Source: Utricularia gibba
Taxonomy: Eukaryota > Plantae > Magnoliophyta
DNA length: 64,000 nt
Reading direction: 5' to 3'
Assembly (NCBI GenBank): GCA_002189035.1
Contig: NEEC01000014.1
Coordinates: forward strand, 682,001-746,000
Position 1 is the first letter of the stretch, and each line of letters opens with the position of its first letter. The position numbers and the translations under genes are program-made. Below are positions 50,946 through 62,024 of this stretch, in pieces. The notes under the pieces are model-generated. The model did no database searches. It saw only the letters and a list, made by a program, of their open reading frames with translations, and was not told the DNA's origin.

Positions 50946-53900
50946 TCATAAAAACCCAAGTAGTTCTTCCACCACATTTTCCACTGCTTCGGCCCCAAAG
51001 CTCGTCGACTTCTTCAAATGGGAACCCTTTCTCCTGGTACTCACAGTCGCAGTAACTTCATCGTCGATGTCCGGCGGAGCCTTCACATCAACGCCTTTGA
51101 ACACTGGATGCACGTAAGCTTCTTCCAGGTACGCCTTCAGATCCAGATTTGGCTCGATTGCTCGATCTACGGTGTCTTTTTTCATGGCTTCCTGTTCAGT
51201 CAAATGCGGTAGAAAAAATGAGTGTAGCTAGCAGTAGAAAGTATGGCCGGAGTTTTCAGTTGGATAGATTGAAAGATAAAAACTGACGTTCAGTGGATAC
51301 TGAACGAACGCCGACTCGAATCTGCCTTTGCAGAAGCGGTGAAACCATATGGTGAGGATTACGAGAATGAGTAGCAGTGGAGTTGATTTTGCAGCGTTTT
51401 TCGTGCTCAGAAGTCCCATCAGAAGAATCTGCGACAGAATTAGCCCTAGAAGGACTCGGCGATGCACGTCGGGCCAGAATTTTGCGCCGCTCTCGTACTT
51501 CTGATCGTATACATTGATTATCTGTACATGAATCAGTTCTATGAATTAAACCATGCATCAACTCCTGAAGCTTTGGTTAAGGTTTTTTGTTTTTTACCTG
51601 ATGGCGGTAGATTGTGTATGAGAAGGCGAAGAAGATGATGATGAAGGGCAAGATCACAGGAGTGACAACGGAGTACACGAGCCCTAACAAGATGTAGAGT
51701 TGTATTCTGGGCTCTGTTATGGAAAAATTCACTGATCCTGGATCCATGGCGTGTACCCTGTCTTCTTCTGTTTTCACCATGAATGTGTTCTTGAGGTGAA
51801 ATACAATCAGAGGACCAAGTCTAATTACCTCTGCAGCAATCCCTGCCCATCCATCCACCATCACGTAAGTAATGAAAAAGGTTGCCTTCATTGGAATGGC
51901 AACGCCTATTGTCTTGGGAATCCTGCAAGAGACTACATCCATTTAGTGCTGAATTTCTTTTCAGTTACTGGTATGCTGTGCGTGTTGGTTTCCTGTGAAG
52001 GTTAGAAGATGAGAAGAAAAATACTCTGATGGGGGCTGGTTAAGGAACTTGTGAAGCTGTTGGAATGCTGCTCCTGTAATGATGCTTCCAAAGAAGACAT
52101 TGACGAGTATGAACAGATGATACTTGGAAGCAGTTCTTCGATCGAGGACAGAAAAGGATGTATAGCCTTCAATTTTGGACATGGTGGTTAAAATTCCAGG
52201 AAGCACTGCCATAAACACCTTTAGAGCAAGCCCAGGTAGGAATCCCTGAACAATGGATTTGATGCTTTCCCTGGTTTAGAATTGAAAAGCAGATCATCAT
52301 TAGTCATGAAGAAATACAAAAAGCCATTGTAAGAGAAGGTGAAGAAGGCCCTAACATTGAAATCAGTGGTCTTAGAAATGGCAAAACTTTTTCGATGCCA
52401 TCAATGCTGGCCAGGGATTGCACAAATGCAATAGGGATCATGAAGAAAAAGGTGAGAAAGAATGTTGAAACACCAACTATCAGCCTTTTGATGCTGAGCT
52501 GAACATATGGTATAGCAAGATTGTCCCAGAAAATGTCACTTGGTTCAGGGGCACATTCTGTTAGCCAAGCAGTTGGATTAGACGTTTGCTGAGTTTGAGC
52601 ACAAACCGCAGCCCCCCACCTGCTTCTGAACGAGACGAATGCAGCAGGGATGATGTACGTGGGATCTTTGATCACCTTTTCTCTCTCTGCAAGTTCCTGC
52701 GTGAAACGACATCTGTAGATGGTATTCTCCTGCTTTCTCAAACGTATGTTAAGAGGCTCACTTCTCTGTTTATCTCTTGGAGTTCTCTCGTGTAATAATC
52801 CATTGCATCCACTGATTTTCCATACAGGCCCCACAAGCCTTCCTGTACGCAAATCAAGGAAGCCAACTGAATGTTCTTGAAGAAAATTTTGATGCAGGAC
52901 GCAAGATGAGAACTCACCCTGGTTCTTGGTCTCTTTTTTGGGTTCCTCTCAAACCGCATCTCATAGTAAGTAAACCAGTTCCTTAATCTCTTCTTCTCAT
53001 CCACCAGTGCAGCTAGATACTTTGTGTTGTATACCACCTGCAAGCGCATTTCATATTGATGTGTGTGGAGCCAGGACCAAAGGTTGTCAAGGTTAATCTG
53101 TTCGTGTGATGCAGATCAAGGACAAACCTGATGCAAGAGATAATTGTCAGGGTGGTTTATGCGAAAGAAATTATCGACTTGCTCGCTGACTGATTCATCC
53201 GAAGATGGAGGAATGCTTCTAACCAGGACCTCATAATGGAAAGAGAACTTGTTAGAGAACCAGACTATCAAGAACAAACAAGGTTGCAGAGGATGCAGAT
53301 GAATCAACACCAGCTATGATTCAGGATATGCACATACTGTGAATTGCTCCGGCTGGCGCTTAGCAGAAGCTATGAAATGCAAGCGCTTTCTGGTGATGGA
53401 CTCGTATTCTTTATAAAGGATATGGCAGGTCCAGAATGTCACTACATATGCCATCAGTATATGTGCAAGAAACCTGAGCAGCAGCATCAGGTATCCTCAG
53501 TTTCAGCATACTTACAGTGAATATCAAAAGGAGAGCAACTACCTAGACGCTCACCTTAGAGAACCTGCAGGAACATTAGATATGGAAAGCTTATCTATGT
53601 TACTGTATGTTAGATCCTTGATGCCATCCAGGGTGCCCCCTGTCCAGTTAATCGGCACCAGTACCACGAAAGCTAAAGCTGCTACTGGGACAAAGATTTT
53701 TAATCTGCACTCAAGAAAAGAAGCTGGAATTCAAGTTCTTTCGATGGATTGAAGACCAGAACTGCAAACACTAACCCAGAAGGTATATTCGAATGTAGGC
53801 AACAGAGTCGAGGCCAGCATGCTCGATAAGCTCGGGCTCCGGCATCCTGAGGGCTTGGGGCATCCATGTCCAGAACTTGAGGTATGTTCTGAAATCAAGA

Positions 53901-54091
53901 TTGACAAATTTGTTCACCAATACACCAGAGCTGGTCTTGGGACTTGCTCTGGCCCCCTTGAGGTACCATTTTGGGAAGTAAACTCTGTCGTTTATGGGTT
54001 GCAGCCGCAGGAAGGCAAATGCAAGTAGAAAGGTCAAGGCAGAGGAAAGGTTTATGTATGCTGCCGTAGATATATCTGTTAGATTCGCCAT
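50946..54091 (-). CDS. OSCA1: OSCA/CSC1 (ERD4-related) mechanosensitive calcium-permeable channel, 11 exons; apparent 1-nt deletion at the first donor
   Basis: Exons 54091-53776, 53704-53555, 53473-53338, 53229-53128, 53037-52918, 52842-52762, 52696-52356, 52270-52025, 51922-51598, 51521-51288, 51191-50946. LQPINDRVYFPKWY, AAFVSFRSRWGAAVCAQTQQ, FFITYVMVDGWAG and YESGAKFWPDVH. Confidence 0.94.
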
Positions 54092-54593
54092 TTTTTTTTA
54101 ATCAGCACTTCAACATGTCTCCTACAGGAATCAAGGCCCAAATGTACATGAAAAATGCGGTGCTCCGACGACGGTGACCGGGGGAGTTTTCCGGCGAAGG
54201 CGTATGCTAATTATGGTAAGTTTTAGGACGGGTGTTCACGTTTTCACGTTCAGGGACATGTGTGTTGGTTGCTATAAATAGTTGGATGGCCGAGCTTCAA
54301 TCCCTGCATGAACCTTCTCCATGGGTCATTCCGTTTCCCCTCTCTGGTCATAGCCACTCAATAGATGGACCCTGCGCTCGTTTGCCTGCAAATTTTATCA
54401 AATGTTCATGTTTCATATTTCAATGCAAATACACGGGGAAAAAAAAAAACAGCGCCATCTAACACAATTAGCACTCATCTGATATAATATGGAATGTTAC
54501 TTTTATATTAAATAGTAGGCATTCATCTTTGACCTAGTAACATTTAATCTATGTGTTAGTCACTATTACACGTATTGTGGCAAAAAGATCGAT

Positions 54594-54665
54594 TGTGACT
54601 GCTGGGATTCGAGCCCAGGTCTCCACGGCCACAACGTGGAATTCTAACCACTAAACTACAGTCAC
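54594..54665 (-). tRNA. trnH-GUG: tRNA-His (GUG), nuclear type
   Basis: GTGACTGTAGTTTAGTGGTTAGAATTCCACGTTGTGGCCGTGGAGACCTGGGCTCGAATCCCAGCAGTCACA: 7-bp acceptor stem, GTG anticodon, A and B boxes, and a T5 terminator at 54586-54582. Confidence 0.97.
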
Positions 54666-54739
54666 ATGTTCGCTATTAGTATTAGCTCTAATGAATATAT
54701 CTGAGAACTAACCTGAAATAGCTTCTACCGGCGCTGTTG

Positions 54740-56497
54740 CTAAGCCGGCGGATGCTCCAGAGCTACGTGTCCGAGTCTTCCCTTTCGAAAATCGGACAGG
54801 ATGCGAAACGCCGCTTGGTGATCATCTCCATTGAAGAGCCGAAGGGCAAGCTTCCGAACAAAACTGCAATGAAATCAGTGGTCATTGAACACTTTGTACA
54901 ATGCCTGCCTCCTTACCATGGAATGGATCTCCTTACGTTCTACCATCTTCACCATTTGCCTCCATCTTATACCGATCTTGCAGGGTTTTGATGCCTGGAT
55001 GCCAGAAGAGGAAGGAACAACCGTCATTGTAAAATCTGGGAGTAGTTGGTATTTATGTTGATAGAGAACGAACCAGCAGAGGGAATCCTTGCAAGCATTT
55101 GCACGAGAATGGCTGCAACTTCAGAGAAATCGTAAGACCTCTCCCCAATGTCATCGCATATAGCTAGCTTAATAGCAGCAGCTTGGTCATTTATTCTCAT
55201 TGGGAGTATGCCAGGTGCGTCCAGGAACTCCATTTCCTTCCCAAACCGAACCCACCTTTCAGAAGAGCGACAGCAGGTTCACAAAACGAAGCTGGAGGAA
55301 AAATACTTTGATCATAATTGACAGGACGTACTTGAGTTCTCTTGTCACACCTGGTCTTGGAGCTGCAGGACACATGCGGCGCTTCAGCAACCGGTTAATT
55401 AGAGATGATTTGCCAACATTAGGATAGCCAACTATTCCAGCCCTCACCTGAAAACATATTCTCAATGCAACTCAGAAATCCAGATAGTGATAAAAAGGAC
55501 TACGAAGAAGCTCAGTCACATGGAAGGATAGTGGTAAAAAGGACTCACTGGGCGTGGAAGTAGGCCTTTGGTTTTGCGCTTGATGTTCACATCTCCTCCC
55601 AGTGCCTTCACTAGCCTACTAATCTTCATGGTACCCTAACTCTCCAGAAACAGCCATAACAGGAACTGAGATACTTGAGTGACGTATAAAAGTAGCTTGA
55701 GGCTGATTTACATACCATACCAAGCTGCCCGTTTGAGAATAAAACTTTGTTCCCTTGCCTAGCAAAGTAACTAGCCCATGCATTTCGATCAGCTGTCGAT
55801 ACCATATCTTCTCTGTTTAAAACAATAATCCTTTTCCTATTCCCCAACCAGAAATCCATCTGTCAGGTTACCAATTAGTTAGTGCAAAAACATGTAATAT
55901 TCTGCCATATGTAATTTGCAGTGGAGCAAGCTAAAAGTGATTCTAACCTGTGGATGGCTAGTGGACAGAGGGATCCTAGCGTCTCGTACGTCAATCACAA
56001 CATCCATCAATTTCAGCTGATCCTTGAGCTCTTTTTCAGTTTTTGCAATGTGACCCGGATACCACTAAACATCGAATTTATTATAAACACATCGACAATT
56101 AGGGGTGAGAAAAGGAAAATGGGGACGCCGTGTCCACCTGAACTTGACGCAATGATTTCGTCCAGTGAACAAGGTCAGCTTCTAACTCGAGCCAATTAAA
56201 TGTATCAGGAACACCATCCGTCTCCCGACCCAACTCCAAATTACGCATACCAGTGGATAATCCAGAAACCTGAAATCAAGGAATCTATTTATACTGAAAA
56301 AAACACTCAGAACACGAATTGAACAAACACTGAGATACTTCAGAATATGAATCTGTTCTCACATGAACGGTGGGCATGGACGTCGAAGTAGAAGCATGAA
56401 CAGCGCGTACGTAGGATGAACGAGAGTCTCTGAAGTTCAAATCACCAGCAACAAGGCCACCGCCGTTGAACCAGGCTCCGGCGAACTGAGATGCCAT
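54740..56497 (-). CDS. DGP3: DAR GTPase 3 (RbgA/YlqF circularly permuted ribosome-biogenesis GTPase), chloroplastic
   Basis: Exons 56497-56363, 56269-56138, 56064-55948, 55859-55716, 55635-55549, 55447-55332, 55255-55074, 54994-54937, 54863-54740. [12 protein letters not shown] (G4), GYPNVGKSS (G1), PGVTR (G2), DAPG (G3) and DFRKGRLG. Confidence 0.95.
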
Positions 56498-57326
56498 CGC
56501 AGAAGCGGAGGTTCCCCGTCGTAGGGTGGATGTATCATATAAAACATAGCATTCTGGATAAGCTGGAGTCAGGCCGGTGCACTTTTGGGCCTTACTCGTT
56601 CCAATATTGGCCCACTAAAAGTGTTCTGTATTTCAGGATTTTATTAATAGATATTAAATGAAATAAAATGAAAATTAATATTTTTAAAATGTTTGATTTA
56701 TTTGGTTAGTTTGATACGGTAGTAAAATATAAAAGTCTCTTAATAAATTTGATTTTTTCTGAAATTTTTTTATTTAAATTACATAATTTTTATTAATAAT
56801 ATATTATAAAATGTAATTTATTTATTAAAATCTGCGCATGTATGAAGATTGTACTCTCAGAGCGTTGCCGTTACACCAAATGAGGTATCGCTTTTCAGCT
56901 CGCAAATCTCGATGCTCTGTTCTGTGAGCACGGACTATCAGGGAAACTCGCCTAGCGGAATTTTTCTTTCTTTGTAGTGTCCGGTGAAGGCGAGTTCACA
57001 GGTAACAATTGGTTCGTTTTTTGGTTATTGGGCTTTGTGAATTTGCATGCAAGACGATCTCGATCATGGGTGCTTTCGATTCCGTCGCTTTTATGAATGT
57101 AGTGGGTTTTGGTTGGAGTCAGCATTGCCATGTTGTGTGTTACGATGTGGGGTGTTCATGGTACGAGTGCTGATTCTTTGTCAATTTCTCTTTATTGGTT
57201 AAACCGAGGGAGTTTAGATTTCAAATGTGGATGGTGTACGCTGGTGTTGTTCTTGTGTTTTTTATATTTAATGGGATCGTGTATCTGCATTTTGCAATAT
57301 GTTTCATTTGTTGTTACCTTAGGGTC

Positions 57327-59988
57327 ATGGGGAGCACTTCCGCTGCGTGTTCTGATGAAGACACTGACTTCAGTGATTCTGAAATTGAAGATTATGTGGA
57401 GAAGGTTTATGAGGAACTCAAGAATGGGAAGCACGAAGTTAAGGTTTCAGATGGAGGGTTCAATTGCCCCTACTGCTCCAAGGGAAAAAAGCGCGAACTC
57501 CAATATAAAGCCCTCTTGCAGCACGCAAGTGCGATTGGAAACTGTAATTCACAGAAAAGAAGCCGGAGAGACAAGGTGAATCACCTTGCTCTAGCAAAGT
57601 ACTTGGAAAATGATGTGATGGATGATAATTGCTCTCCAAATCCTGTCGTTAAGATGGATCCCCTTGCAGATCATGATGGCGATGAGATGTTTGTCTGGCC
57701 ATGGATTGGCATTGTCGCCAATATCCCAACTCAGTTTAAGGATGGAAGATATGTTGGAGAGAGTGGAAGTAAATTGAGGGATGAGTTAACAAGGAAGGGA
57801 TTCAATCCAACCAGAGTACGCCCCTTGTGGAACTACGAAGGCCATTCAGGAACAGCTATTGTTGAATTTCGAAAGGACTGGACTGGATTTGGAAATGCTA
57901 TGTCTTTTGAGAAAGAATATGAAGCTAATAACCATGGCAGAAAAAATTGGCTTGCAAAAGATGCAGAGAAACAGGATCTTTATGGTTGGGTTGCTCGAGT
58001 TGATGACTATATTTCTAGCAACATTGTTGGAGAAAATCTTCGCAAGATTGGAGACTTGAAAACGATATCAGATATCATGGAAGAGGAAGCAAGGAAGACA
58101 GACAAGCTTCTGGGGAATTTGAATAGTGTAATCATAGCAAAAGACATGCAAGTAATAGAGATGGAGATCAAGTTCAGAGAGACAGAGAGTAAACTAAGCC
58201 AGATTATCAAGGAGAAGGATAATCTCACTCAAACATATAATGAAGGTTGGTGTTTTTCTGCTTGCAGATGTTTCCTTTCATTTGTTTCGGTGCCTGCCTA
58301 AAACTCGTGCATAAATCAGATATAAAAAAGATTGAAACAAGTGCTCGAGATCATTTCAAAAGGATTCTTAATGACCATGAGAAGCGGAAGATGCAACTAG
58401 AAGCACAGCGGAGGGATCTTGAGGTTCGGGGTCAGGAACTCAAAAAACGTGAGACACACAATGAGTCGGAGAAAAAAAAACTTGCAGAGGACCTTGAGAA
58501 GGTAATTTGCTTATGAATACGAAAAGCAGGCAATGTTTACTTTGTTTTTGCTCTGCATATCAATACTTGCTGCACCAGCTTTTTTTGAAGTCAATGTACC
58601 AAGCAGTAGGCTGTGCGAATGCATATGTGTAGTTTCTGGGATTGTTTCTCATGCTCTTACCTTTGTGAACATTATGTGTGGCTCAAGATTCCTTCATTTT
58701 TGGCAATTTACTTGCCTTGGGTCATACTCAGGGATATAAATTGTATCAATCCTTTCTGTCAGCTGCTTTTCATTCTTTTGGGGACAGCAGTAGAAGATTA
58801 TTCTTAGGTTTTCCTTGCAATCTGATCTTCCATCTTGGCCGAGACATGTGTGATTAGTCCACTTTCCCCAATTCATGCTCTAGAATGCTGTTGAAAATGC
58901 TGCATTGCGAGCTGCTGAGGAGGAGCAACAGAAGACGGGTAGTGAAGTAATGAAGTTGGCTGAAAAACATAAGGTATATGAAGTCTCACTTCTCTTGCAT
59001 TATCAGCTTGCTTTAGAACCCGGATATTGCAGTCTAGCCAAAAATGAACACTAACTTGGGTCTCTTATTGTCACAGAAAGAACAGGAGAACCTGCATAAG
59101 AAAATCCTTGTATTGGAGAAACAACTTAATGCAAAACATGCCTTGGCTGTTGACATTGAAAAGTTGAGAGGTGAAGTAAATGTAAAGAAGCAACTGGTAC
59201 AGGAAGGAGGAGAAAATAATGTAGAAATGCTAAATGAAGTGGAGAAATTGGTGAAGTCTATGACAGAGAAGGAACTAGAACTTGAGGAAGCAGAGACATT
59301 TTACAAAACTACACTTACGTATGAGCGCAGGACGACGGACGAGCTACAGGAATCTCGAAAAGCATTGATCAAAGTTAGTTAAACAATGCCTTCTACAGCC
59401 TCACCTTATTTCTTCTACCTCTGACTAGAAAGATCTCCTTCACCCCTTTCGCAACTATGTTTATAGCAACTACAAGAAACGCCTATTCCTGGCCATATTG
59501 GGATAAAGAGGATGGGTGAGCTGAACAGGAAGCCATTCCAAGAAGCAATGGCAAGCAAGTACGGAGGGGATGAAGGACAGGAAAGGGCAGTTGAGGTGAT
59601 CTCAATGTGGGAGGAATATCTCAGGGATTCCTCATGGCACCCTCTCAAGGTTGTCATCATCAATGGTCAACCGCAGGTAAATGCCTCATCATACAAGTAC
59701 ATTTTTCCATATACAATCAATGACAACCTCCATGGTATGACATGACAGTACCAAATAGTTGAAGATGATGAGAAGCTGAGAGATTTGAAGGAGAACTTCG
59801 GCATCGAAGCCTACAACGCCGTCACGACGGCTTTATTAGAAGTAAATGAAATCAACGCCAGTGGAAGATACATTGTATCAGAGCTATGGAACTATGAAGA
59901 GGGCAGGGTTGCAACCCTGAAGGAAGGTGTCCAGAGCTTGTTAGACCATTGGAACGCAACCCGCAAAAGGAAGAGGAGAAACATTTGA
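57327..59988 (+). CDS. IDN2: zf-XS/XS/coiled-coil/XH protein of RNA-directed DNA methylation (IDN2/FDM family)
   Basis: Exons 57327-58245, 58320-58501, 58884-58973, 59077-59373, 59467-59676, 59749-59988. CPYC...HA zinc finger, FVWPWIGIVANIP (XS), IGIKRMGEL and SSWHP...ELWNYEEGRVATLKEG (XH). A probable 5' UTR intron lies at about 57002-57322. Confidence 0.93.
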
Positions 59989-60794
59989 AGCAACTCACGT
60001 TTCAGGTTCCCATTCCCTTCCCATGTTGTAGTAGCAGTAGCAATACACTCGTGCTATCCATTAAATAAAAATCTCATCTTTAGGCCTTTTTTAAGTTAGA
60101 TTTGTTATTTTTTCTATTTTTTTTACTTAAAATTTCTTGTTGTCTAAAACTGTGGGAAAATTTAATAATATTTAAAATGCATTTAAAACGAATTAAAAGA
60201 TTCCTGGGGAAAAAAAGAACAGCGATAAATGATTTTTAAAATGCATTTAAAATGCGGGCTGCTAAGATACCACTTTATCAAAAAAACTGTAATTACAAAT
60301 AAATTGACTTCGCTTCGTGTCGACACCACAGACATGAATGAAAATTCTCATTAAATGCATTTAATATGAATTAAAAAATTTCCGTGTTAAAAAAAAATAT
60401 ATGAGTGATGGATTTATAGACCACTGAATGAACAAGTACTCCTCAAAATTCAATTGTAATGAATATTCTGAAATAATTAAATGAATTATAATGCGTAATT
60501 TATAATATGGTTTTGTATTTAGTTTTAAATGAAAAATGGAATAAAATTTGATTTCATTGGTATTTATAAATGGGTTATTTATGTGGTAATTATAATTTTC
60601 AATATATTTTAAAAAATAATTATAGAGGTGGATTGTAAAATGGAAATCCCTTCCACATATAAAAGGCAGGCATCGGTTTGTGGTGTTCCCCAGTCCCTGC
60701 TGTGGGTGAGTGAGTTTTCGCTGCGCTTCGTGAGTGTACGTACGTCTTCACTTCCAGAGCTCCATTTTGTCTCTTGGTATTTGTTCTTCGTTCC

Positions 60795-62024
60795 ATGGAA
60801 CTGAGCAAGGTGACGCTCGAGATTTTCTCCAAACTGGAGCAGAAATGGCTACACCACTACGAAGGGAAAAAAACTCGTATTCTGAGTATTGACGGCGGCG
60901 GAACCACTGCCATTGTCGCCGGAGCAACGCTGATCCATTTAGAGGAACAGATCCAAGCCAAGACTGGTGATTCCGCTGCTAGAATCGCTGATTTTTTCGA
61001 TATTGTTGTCGGTACGGGTATCGGAGCTCTCCTCGCCGCAATGCTTGTCGCGGACGACGGCTCTGCCCGGCCTCTGTATTCCGCTAGAGAAGCGGTTAGT
61101 TTCCTGTCGGAGAATCAACAGGAGCTGTTTAATGTGAAACGCGTCGGTGTTTTCCGTAGACGGAAGAGATTTTCAGGGAGTAGGATCGACGCAGTGCTTA
61201 AGGCGGCGTTCATGAGAGACGATGGCAAGATTTTGACGATTAAGGACACTTGTAAGCCGCTGCTTGTACCGTGCTTCGATTTGAACAGCGCGGCCCCGTT
61301 CGTTTTCTCCAGGGCCGACGCGTTGGAATCGGCTAGTTTCGATTTTGAAATGTGGAAGGTGATTCGCGCTACGATGGCGACTCCGCCGATGTTTAAGCCG
61401 TTCCACCTCGCGTCTGGCGACGGAAAGACCTCCTGTTTGGCTATTGATGGCGGAATCGTGATGAACAACCCTGCTGCCGCTGCCGTCACTCACGTTCTTC
61501 ATAATAAGCGTGATTTTCCGTCCGTTAACGGCGTCGATGATCTTGTAGTCCTTTCGATTGGTAACGGATTATCTAGCACCCTTCCGCAATTGAACGTGAG
61601 ACCTGACGGCGAGTGCTCAATGTCCTCCGTTGTCGGCATCGCTCTCGATGGAGTCTCCGAAACTGTCGATCAAATGCTGGGAAACGCATTCTGCTGGAAC
61701 CCAAACGATTACGTCCGGATTCAGGTAAACACCATTTCCACAACGATGAACACTTCACTTCCTCCTTGTTTAGTTTCTTGTCTTTTAATCCGCGGCAGCG
61801 GTTTTTTTCAGGCGGCTTACGGCACCGCAGACGTTCTCTCAGAGAGAGCTGTAGAGGCGTTGCCGTTCGGAGGGAAGCGGCTGCTGGGGCAGACTCACGG
61901 CGAGAGAATGGAAGCCTTGGTGCGAAGACTCGTCGCAGGAGGAAGAAGCAGTAGCAGCAACAGTAGCCTGCCGCCTAGTCCCTGCAAGGAAACCGCCGTT
62001 AGTCCTCTTGTTAACGGCCGTTAG
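60795..62024 (+). CDS. PLP9: Patatin-like phospholipase pPLAIII (PLP9/pPLAIII-delta-like)
   Basis: Exons 60795-61724 and 61812-62024. ILSIDGGG, non-canonical GTGIG in place of GxSxG (typical of group III), IDGGIVMNNP and C-terminal LPPSPCKE. Confidence 0.93.
   Translation: MELSKVTLEIFSKLEQKWLHHYEGKKTRILSIDGGGTTAIVAGATLIHLEEQIQAKTGDSAARIADFFDIVVGTGIGALLAAMLVADDGSARPLYSAREAVSFLSENQQELFNVKRVGVFRRRKRFSGSRIDAVLKAAFMRDDGKILTIKDTCKPLLVPCFDLNSAAPFVFSRADALESASFDFEMWKVIRATMATPPMFKPFHLASGDGKTSCLAIDGGIVMNNPAAAAVTHVLHNKRDFPSVNGVDDLVVLSIGNGLSSTLPQLNVRPDGECSMSSVVGIALDGVSETVDQMLGNAFCWNPNDYVRIQVNTISTTMNTSLPPCLVSCLLIRGSGFFQAAYGTADVLSERAVEALPFGGKRLLGQTHGERMEALVRRLVAGGRSSSSNSSLPPSPCKETAVSPLVNGR

Noticed and set aside
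17350-53777. Programmed ribosomal frameshifting as an explanation for the broken frames
   Set aside because: No slippery heptamers or downstream structures are evident, two sites lie at splice junctions, and all lesions are one-base losses in short runs.
9458-61811. Several stop-free introns with lengths divisible by three (9458-9553, 9803-9871, 13769-13656, 29112-29228, 61725-61811) that make ORFs read through
   Set aside because: They have normal GT-AG ends and pyrimidine-rich acceptors. With well over 100 short introns in the window, several such cases are expected by chance, so there is no evidence for regulated exitrons.
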